DNA from: Vicugna vicugna
Taxonomy: Eukaryota
Assembly (NCBI GenBank): GCA_013265495.1
Contig: MU058065.1
Span: 8,246,302-8,310,301, forward strand
Length of the DNA: 64,000 bases
Direction: 5' to 3'
The stretch's first letter is position 1. Each line of letters begins with the position of its first letter. Below the pieces are notes generated by a model. The model made no database searches and was not told the DNA's origin. It saw only the letters and a program-made list of their open reading frames with translations. A program made the position numbers and the translations under genes. Below are positions 25,137 to 32,944 of this stretch, in pieces.

Positions 25137-26384
25137 TGTATGAGTTACCAATTGCTGTGTAAGCACCCAAAACTTAATGTTCTTCTCACATTTTTCTGCT
25201 CGCTAGAAACTCCTAGAGAAGAATAGAGTAGAGCGACATGAGTCAGGGGCAGAAATGGGAGAGAAAATTAAAATCTATTTCAAATTACTCCCTATCCATA
25301 AATGGCTTGGATAAGGAGGAGGCTGGGATATTGGTTAAGATGGGGATGTAATATTGCTCTAGATTCTTACACTCCACAACTGAAAGAGGTCTATAGATTG
25401 GAGTAATGGTGACTGTGCTGATGGCGAGGATGGTCATAATCTGTTCAGCAAATATGTATTGAGCACCTAATACATGCTATCACTGACCTAGGCATATGGG
25501 ATCAAAATGTACCAGAAACCAAAAAACCAAAACAAAACAAAAAACCCTCTGCCTCATGGAGCTTAAATTCTAGAAGAGGAAATGGAAGGAAATATTGTTA
25601 GCATCTCACTCCCTGTTTGAAGCATTTTCTTCTCATGACTTCTTAGTCATGAGGGACTTAGTCACCACCAAGTCCCCAGCTTCAATGAGAGATTCTCAAA
25701 ACTTTATCTCTTCCAAAGCTTGCAGGTGAATTTCTGCTCAAAATGCTTAAATGCAGGGAAACGGACTCTAGTTGAGACATGTCACGTAGGTGTCACTGTT
25801 TATGTGTGTTTGGCATGAAAGCTGTGATAGTGTACAGAAGACTTGAAACAACTGCATTTATCTCAGTTTCAATAGGTCAGAAATTCAGCTATGGCCTAGC
25901 TGGGTTCTCTGCCTTAGGCTTTTCATGAGGCTGTAATTAAGATGTTGGCCAAGGCTGCCATCATCTTAAGGATCAACAGGGGAAGGATTTGATTCCAAGT
26001 TCACTTATGTGATTGTTGGCAAGATTCATTTCCTTGAGGACTGTTGAATCAAGGGCCTTGGTTCCTCACTGGCTGTTGGCTGGAGGCTGTCCACCTTCAG
26101 TTCTTTGCCACATGGCCCCTCCATAGTGCAGCTCACAATGTGGTATGTGATTTCCATCAGGGGAAGTAGATGAGAAGAGCCAGAGAGAGAATGAGAATAA
26201 GATGAAAGTCACAGTCTTTTGTAACCTGATCTCTGAAGTGACATCCCATTACTTTGACTGTATTCTATTTATTAGAAACACGTCACAAGTTTCAGCCCAC
26301 ACTCCAAAGAAGGAGATTACACAAGGGCATTAGTATCAGGAGGTGAGGATCATTAACACCCTCTTTTAGAAGCCACCTACCACA
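25137..26384. mobile_element. MaLR solo LTR (MLT1F-like), interrupted by the duplicated segment
   Basis: Starts TGTATGAGTTACCAATTGCTGTGTAA..AAAACTTAATG, resumes ACTTGAAACAAC at 25841, ends ...GCCACCTACCACA; typical MLT1 termini. Confidence 0.8.
25180..25840 (+). repeat. Diverged direct duplicate (derived copy) of 29348-29961
   Basis: Colinear shared blocks, e.g. GATATTGGTTAAGATGGG, TAATATTGCTCT, TTCAGCAAATAT, AAATTCTAGAAGA, CAAAACTTTATCTCTTCCAAAG, GTGATAGTGTACAG. Confidence 0.9.
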
Positions 26385-29049
26385 ACTTAGCCTGAGTTTT
26401 GAACCACATTTTGACATGGAACACAGTATGGAAAACAGATAATAACTGTATGAGGATCCTATGTGGCACCAGGAAATTTCATTTAAAAGGCAAAGTTGCA
26501 TCATAAGAAGAGCATACACTTAGGGTGAGAGAGGTCACTGTTAGAATCTCAGTGTTGGTGTTCACCAACTGTATATAACCTTAGACTTAGTTTCTATAAG
26601 CCTTGGTTTTCTTGTCTAAAAAAAAAGTGGATAAAACCTACCACCTAAGGAGTTTTGAGGATCAAAATGTCACTTGGGCAAGGCACTTGTTAAAATGCAG
26701 ATTCTCAGGTTGCTCTCCAAGAAATTAATATTCAGTAGACTTGGGGTGGCACATAAGAATTTCTATTTTTAATAAGTACATATGAAAACGGTGTGTGGCT
26801 CAGAACATGGTAGCTATTAATATTTTGCATGACAACAGTAATTCTGCGATGATTCTTGAGGAACCATATGCTTAAAGAGAGTCAACTGTGAATTAGTGGA
26901 AAGCAAACTGTATTGAGGATTAGAAAGTGTATAAATTCCAGCCCATTGTTGGGGGAATCTTAGGCACAGAGTCACCTAATCTTTCAGGACCCTTTTTTTC
27001 CCCTCAGCCTCTGTAAAATGCCTTCTAGCCTGAGTACTCTCTGTCTAGGAAAAGAAACAGTATCTACTAGCATGGATCCCTTTAGGGCTTTCCTGGTTGA
27101 TGAAACAAGTGCAATGTGCTCACTAATGAGTCTTTGCTGGAACTTTGCATCTCTTAATATTTCCTCCTGAAGACTATTTTTTGGAGCCTCTCATTCATCT
27201 ACTCTTCTAATTCACATGACCACAGCATCTCTGTATGTAATGAAATATATCTGAAAACAACCTCATTTAAAAGAATAAATCTATTAAGAAGCTGAGAACT
27301 TTCTGGCGTGAAATGAAAAATATTGATTGCTTCTCACCTGTTAGCAGTGAAATCCCATCCAGTTAATTAACCTGCTCAGAGATAAAGTTTATTTCTGCCC
27401 TTCACCTTCAGCTCCAAATCTTTAAAACCATTAGAACAAGTACCTGGTCAATGAATAAGTCTTCTCCCAGAGTGGCGTTCAGGGCCATCTGTATTCTGGC
27501 TTCAGCCTACCTTTCGGACTTTACCTCCAGCTACTTACCTTCAAATACCTTCCACTCCAGTCAAATGGAAGAACTAAAGTAGTCAGCATCCCCATTGTCA
27601 GAAATATACTTCTTTCCCCTAAATTCTACATATTAACTCAGTTCCATGTCTCTTCTTGAAAAAGGCTTTCCTGGAGCTCTGGCATCTCCGCCTCCCTCCA
27701 CCTCTCCTAATTGCTGCCAAGGTATAAGCATTAATTACTTCTTTATTCTAAATACTCTCAAAACTTTTAGCATTTATTATTTTATACCTTATATTATGAT
27801 TATATACATAGTTATAGTACTATACCCTAAAGGATGCAATTCTAACCAATTCATTTTTGTGTTTCCCACATCTTCCAACACAATGCTTTGCCTATGATTA
27901 AGGTTTAGTAAATATCTTTTGAATGCTTACATGGAGACCCATTGATTTATGGCTTTTATTCTCGGGACTCACAACCACTGCTTCATCATCAGTATAAGGA
28001 GAATCTAACTCAGTGAGGCACCTTCCAAGATTTACATTATATTCAAAACCGAACTCCCAAGCTCTCCAGTATTTTTTAAAAGACAGTCCTGTAGTAGCTT
28101 CCCATCCTTAGAAGCCTTCTGCTTCTAGAAAGCTTTTGCTGTCAGTGGAAGGGTTGGAAAAGAGAGTCTTCTTATGGATATCCTCCTTTTCAAAGACTGA
28201 ATCCAAGCCTCATATGACTTTTCTGTCTCCTGCCCCAGTTTACTTGCATGACACACTTGGAACTAGTATTTTGTTGGCATAAAACCCTGAAACTCCATTT
28301 TAGGTAATGCAGATATTCAGTCATGTACGAGAGTATTCACATGTGTATGTCTAAGTTGAAGAGGAGATATATGTAGCTTCATTGAAACAAAAAGGCCATT
28401 AATTCATTCAGTGCTCATTTTCTTGATCACCCACTAGACTTTAGGCTCTGCATTATGTACTGATGATTCAAATATAAATACTGGTCCTTGCCTTCAAGGA
28501 GCTCTGAGTCTTGTAAAGGGAGATGAATGTATGATGAGATCATTATTATAGAGTGGCATTTGTACAGTGTCAGAGGCAAGCACAGGGTGATGTGGAGTGT
28601 GGAGAATTTTCTTTGCAAGCAGATAGATTTTTTTAAGCAGAAAAAATCTCTTTTGCAGCACAGTAGTCACACTGATATCAATAAAATACATATTATTTTA
28701 CAGTTAGTAACAACATCACAATCTTCTTTTAACCACTCACCTTGGGCTAGGTGTTAGCATCCATGGTGGGTGCTGAGACATGATTCAAACAAGTAGCCAC
28801 TCTAGGTTAGCCAAGACCCAGACTCAGGTCCTTGCTCCTTAGAGTTTGTAGGAATGAATCATTGAAGGAAATGGCAGGAAAGGGTACTTTTCTTATGATT
28901 CATAGGGCTGAACTTCATGCCAATGATATTTTGGTACAGAGATTTTTGCATGCTACTCTGTCTGCAGCTCTAACATTTCTAAAGTAGTGTAGATGACTCA
29001 TTGGGATAGCTTGTCCAAGTCCATGACCTTGAAGTTACGTATGCGTGCA

Positions 29050-29069
29050 TGTGTGTGTGTGTGTGTGTG
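29050..29069 (+). repeat. (TG)n microsatellite
   Basis: Perfect TG run. Confidence 0.9.
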
Positions 29070-29165
29070 GAGAGTGGTTATGAGGAAAAGCAAAAAAGTA
29101 ATCCTAAATTTTAAATGATCAGGGTCTACAGCTGCAAGTACTAAGTAATTGTGCAGACTGCTTTA

Positions 29166-29318
29166 TTTTTTTTAATATTTTATTTGTTTATTTTTGGGTT
29201 TTGGGGGGGTAAATAGGTTTGTTTGTTTGTTTTGATGGAGGTACTGGGGATTGAACCCAGAACCTTGTGCAGTGCATGCTAAGCTCACTCTCTACCACTG
29301 AGCTACACCCTCCACTGC
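29166..29318 (-). mobile_element. tRNA-derived SINE (camelid Vic-1-like)
   Basis: A box AGCTCAGTGGTAG, B box GGGTTCAATCCCC; TSD TGTGCAGACTGCTTTA (29150-29165) and TGTACAGACCACTTTA (29319-29334). Confidence 0.9.
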
Positions 29319-29347
29319 TGTACAGACCACTTTAAATTTTCTTCTTT

Positions 29348-29961
29348 TTCTTCACATTTAGAGACACTTTTCTGTTCACTAGCAACTCATTGAGAAAGAT
29401 GGGGTAGGATGACTTAAGTCAGAAGTAGAAATAAGAGAAGAAATTAGCATCCATTTCAAATTACTTCTTGTCAGTGGCTCAGTGAAAGACTCAAATAGAG
29501 GGGAGGCTGGAGATATTGGTTAAGATGGGACTATAATATTGCTCTGGATTCTTGCGATTACAATTGAAAGAGGCCTATGGCTTGAAGTAATAATGACTTT
29601 GGTGATGGTAGTCATAATCCATTCAGCAAATATATATTGAGTACCTACTGCATGCCATCAGTGACCTAAGCACAAAGGGTTTAAATGGACAAAAAAAAAA
29701 AAAAACCCTGCCGTTTTGAGCACAAATTCTAGAAGAAACCGGCAAAAATAGTGCTAGCATCCCTCTCCTTGTCAGAAATATTTTCTTCTCATAACTTAGT
29801 TCCATCAAGTCCCAGCATTAGTGCAAGAATCACAAAACTTTATCTCTTCCAAAGTTTGCAGACTGATATGTGCTTAAAATGTTCATATGAGCATGGAAAA
29901 GGACTCTGGCTGGGATGTAGAAGTCTTTGTATGCGTTGAAGGGGGCAGTGATAGTGTACAG
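29348..29961 (+). repeat. Source copy of the local duplication, just upstream of the promoter
   Basis: Same colinear blocks as 25180-25840. Confidence 0.9.
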
Positions 29962-30039
29962 TGGGAAGAAATTCTACAGCGGTACTATCCATACTGATAC
30001 CCTCCAGCTCTGGGAAAATGCTCGAGTTGGTACCTGATT

Positions 30040-30240
30040 CACTCCCCTCCATCCCACTTGCCTTTCTCCCTCTTCCATCACTTTGTTCCCTCCTCCCTTC
30101 CTCCCTAAATCCCTCCTTCTTCCTTGTCTTTCCCTTGGTCCCTCCCCACCCCCTTCCCTCGAACAGTTTTCCCTCCTCCTTTCTCTCCCTCTCTCTCTAG
30201 CCTCTTTGCCTCTCGTCCCCTTTCCCTCCTCAATCCCTCC
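30040..30240 (+). repeat. Polypyrimidine (CT-rich) low-complexity tract
   Basis: About 200 nt almost entirely C/T, directly upstream of the CpG island. Confidence 0.85.
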
Positions 30241-30248
30241 CCGGCGTC

Positions 30249-30276
30249 TGCGTCAGGCCCCCACTTCCGTGACGCG
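30249..30276. promoter_or_regulatory. ETS site flanked by two CRE half-sites
   Basis: TGCGTCA (30249-30255), CACTTCCG (30262-30269) and TGACG (30270-30274) at the 5' edge of the CpG island. Confidence 0.5.
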
Positions 30277-30289
30277 CAGCAGCTGGGTG

Positions 30290-30318
30290 GGAGCTGTCCA
30301 CTCGCCCGGGGTGCTGAA
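30290..30318 (-). promoter_or_regulatory. Non-canonical RE1/NRSE (REST) site with 10-bp spacer
   Basis: Minus strand reads TTCAGCACC-CCGGGCGAGT-GGACAGCTCC: both RE1 half-sites near-perfect and in canonical order. Confidence 0.7.
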
Positions 30319-30993
30319 TGCAGCAGCGGCGGCCGCGGCGGCGGCGGAGACGCTGAGAACATTTTCTGCTCCAAGAACCTTGTTTCCAGACCTCGGACGG
30401 TCAGCTCGCCGCCCGCCACCTCCCTTCCAGCACCACCCCTTTGGGAACTGAACCAGGGGGGCAGCAGTTGCGGCGGCGGGTGCTGAGCAACGGCTGAAGA
30501 CAAGACAACATCTGGCAGCAGCCTGGAATCTGATTTGCTTCCTCTCGCCTTTTATAAGAGATACATTTATATATGGTTTCGGGGAGTCGCGAGGGCCAAG
30601 CCGGAGCCAAGTGCTGGCTGCCTCCCACTTCAGCCACTCTGCTTCGTTTTCCCCTCCCCACCCTCAGCTGGCACCGCAAACAAGCCTTACCTCGTTGCAT
30701 CTAGAGGAGAGGTGGCAATAGCGAGCCCAACCAGCCAGAGGCAGCGGAGAAGAGGGAGGGGCAGGGGGCGCAGAGAGCCGACCGAGGCCGCCTTTGGTGG
30801 GGGTAGCGGGGGAAGAGCTGCCGTGAAGACCCGACAGCCACCGTCTTCTGCCCTCACCGCTCCAGAAGCACTCTTTCCTGATTATTTGATAACCGAATTA
30901 TTCTTATTCCACTAGTATTATTTCGTTTTTTATTACCCCCATTCCTCACTCCCCAGCCGCCCCCACCACTACGCCTGCCTCTCCTCTGGTTGC

Positions 30994-31065
30994 ATGGCAG
31001 CGCTGCCCGGGCGCGGGGGCTCAGGGCCGGCCCCCCGGGAGGGAGGAGGAGGAGGAGGATCATGA
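30994..31065 (+). other. Candidate uORF1, 23 aa (MAALPGRGGSGPAPREGGGGGGS)
   Basis: ATG at 30994 (+4 G); TGA at 31063-31065 overlaps the next ATG. Confidence 0.4.
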
Positions 31066-31325
31066 AGCCGGGAGTCTTGGCCGCGCCGGACGGCGAGCAG
31101 CAGCCAGAGGACGAGCCGGAGCAGCCCCCGCCCCGGAGACACCTGGACGCCGACAAACAGTCGCCGCCGCCGCCACAGCAGCATCAGCGGCAGCGGGCAG
31201 ACTCGGAGCAAGAGGAGGAGGGCGACAGCGGCCCAGAGGAGGAACAGGAGGAGAAGGCGAGGCCACTCACCGGCCTGGACCTGCCCTTCTTCCGGCCCTC
31301 GCTCCTCGCCCAAAGGGACGTTTGA
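31062..31325 (+). other. Candidate uORF2, 87 aa, acidic and Gln/Pro-rich (MKPGVLAAPDGEQQPEDEPEQ...LLAQRDV)
   Basis: ATG at 31062 with A at -3; open to TGA at 31323-31325; lies in the presumed leader. Confidence 0.45.
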
Positions 31326-31396
31326 TGGAGCCAAGGGACGAGGGCCGACGATTTACAGACCGCCTCAGGGGTGGGCTGGGGGCTGAGATCATGTAA
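31325..31396 (+). other. Candidate uORF3, 23 aa (MEPRDEGRRFTDRLRGGLGAEIM)
   Basis: ATG overlaps the uORF2 stop (TGATG), +4 G; ends ATG-TAA. Confidence 0.4.
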
Positions 31397-32425
31397 CTGC
31401 TCCTTCTTCTTGTTCCCTCCCACACGCCCCTCTTCTCTACCCCTTATCTCTGCTCCACAGCCTCCCACCCTCCAAACACACACCCTTCCTCTAGCCAGGA
31501 TCTTAATGCTCAGGAAGGAGGCGTCTCTGCAAGGGTTAAACGATTTTTTCTGTTTTTCCCTTTCTTTTCCCCTCCCCAGTTCCTGATTTTCCCCACGTCT
31601 ATTCTCCTAATTGGCTTTCCCGTCTTCTGTGCAGCCCTTTGGCTGCAGAGGCAAAGCACAAGCTCCTTGCCAATTTCACCTGAATCCCTTCCCCCAACTC
31701 TGCCCCATTGCTCTCTTAAAAGCAACTCTGGTGCTTCTGGGGGTTAATTGCCCCAGTTTTCTGCCCAGGAGAATTAAAACTTCTCCCAACCTCTTCTCTT
31801 CCCCTACCTTACTTCCCTCATGCACCACCCTCACCCCCACTAAACTCCTGCTACCTGAGGAAAACTATCTTTTCTATCACATGCAATCCTCAATTCTTCA
31901 CTGAGCTACTTTGCCCTAAGCCCAGTTCAGTCCACTCCAAATTTTATTTATAACCTTCCCTACCCTTTTATATGAAAGAAAAGAGATTTCCCACTGCCTA
32001 GGAATTTGAGAAGAACCCAATAATTCTCGCCTGGGTAATTTTCTAACAATTAAACCTTGATCTCAAGGTCTTAACAGCCCATCCTCAACACTTTTTTTTT
32101 CTATCCCTCTGCCCCTACCAGTGTTCCCAGGTCAAAGGCAAAAAGGATACCCTAAGAAAAGCTTAAGGTTGGGTTAGAGGTGAGGGGGTAAGAAAATCTT
32201 TTTGTTGTTGGGCTTTCCAGGTAGAGTTCAGAATCGGTGACTCACAGTTCTCAGTCCTGGGGGCAATTTATTTGCTGCTTGGAGGGATGTAAGAGGAGCC
32301 AGTGAGAACGCAGACTCCCCTCATCATACAGATACACTGTGGTTCCACCCCACCCCCCAACCATCCTATCCTCCTCTTCAAAGACTCCAACTGCCTCTAC
32401 TGGGCTTTCTGCTTCCACTGGGCAC

Positions 32426-32944
32426 ATGCTGATGCCCCTGAGTGGGCTGCTCTGGTGGTGGTGCTGCTGCTGCTTCTGTGCCTGGTACTGCTGTGGATTG
32501 TGCACCCCAGCTCCCCAGATGTTGCGCCACCAGGGTCTCCTCAAGTGCCGCTGCCGCATGCTCTTCAATGACCTGAAGGTTTTCTTCCTGCGGCGCCCCC
32601 CTCCAGCGCCCCTGCCCATGCACGGCGAACCCCAGCTCCCTGGTTTGGCAGCCAACAACAACACCCTTCCGGCTCTGGGTGCCGGGGGGTGGGCAGGCTG
32701 GAGGGGCCCCCGAGAAGGGGTGGGCAGGGAGACTCCTCCTCTGCCACCTCCACCACCTTTGCCACCTTCTGTGGAAGATGACTGGGGTGGCCCAGCCACA
32801 GAGCCACCTGCCTCACTGCTCAGCAGTGCCTCCTCAGATGACTTCTGTAAGGGGAAGGCTGAGGATCGCTACTCACTGGGCAGCAGCCTGGACAGTGGCA
32901 TGAGGACCCCTCTCTGCCGTATCTGCTTCCAGGGTCCAGAACAG
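32426..32944 (+). CDS. MARCHF4: First coding exon (173 codons, phase-0 donor) of membrane-associated RING-CH E3 ubiquitin ligase 4; partial CDS, remaining exons lie beyond the window
   Basis: Translation MLMPLSGLLWWWCCCC...PQMLRHQGLLKCRCRMLFNDLKVFFLRRPP...EDDWGGPATEPPASLLSSASSDDFCK...SLGSSLDSGMRTPLCRICFQGPEQ matches the MARCH4 N-terminus as I recall it. It ends just after the first CxxC of the RING-CH domain, followed by the canonical donor CAG|GTGAGA at 32944/32945. Confidence 0.96.

Larger units (their letters stand above)
30240..31380 (+). promoter_or_regulatory. MARCHF4: CpG island: MARCHF4 promoter and start of the long 5' leader
   Basis: The only large CpG-dense GC-rich block in the window (GCG/CCG and GGA runs), 1-2 kb upstream of the ATG. 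The exact TSS cannot be read from sequence. Confidence 0.85.

Noticed and set aside
1..30000. Exons of the upstream neighbour gene (SMARCAL1 in human, from memory)
   Set aside because: No second CpG island or recognisable coding exon; it probably lies outside the window.
30551..30575. TATA box (TTTATAAG / TTTATATA)
   Set aside because: A conspicuous AT pocket in the island, but it cannot be assigned without a TSS and may lie inside the leader.
30969..31334. Antisense ORF with a transmembrane-like Leu-rich stretch
   Set aside because: Non-ATG start; the Leu run is simply the reverse complement of GAG/CAG-rich sequence.
32251..32799. 182-aa antisense ORF and other ORFs overlapping the exon
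   Set aside because: Shadow frames of a GC-rich coding exon; no recognisable domain.
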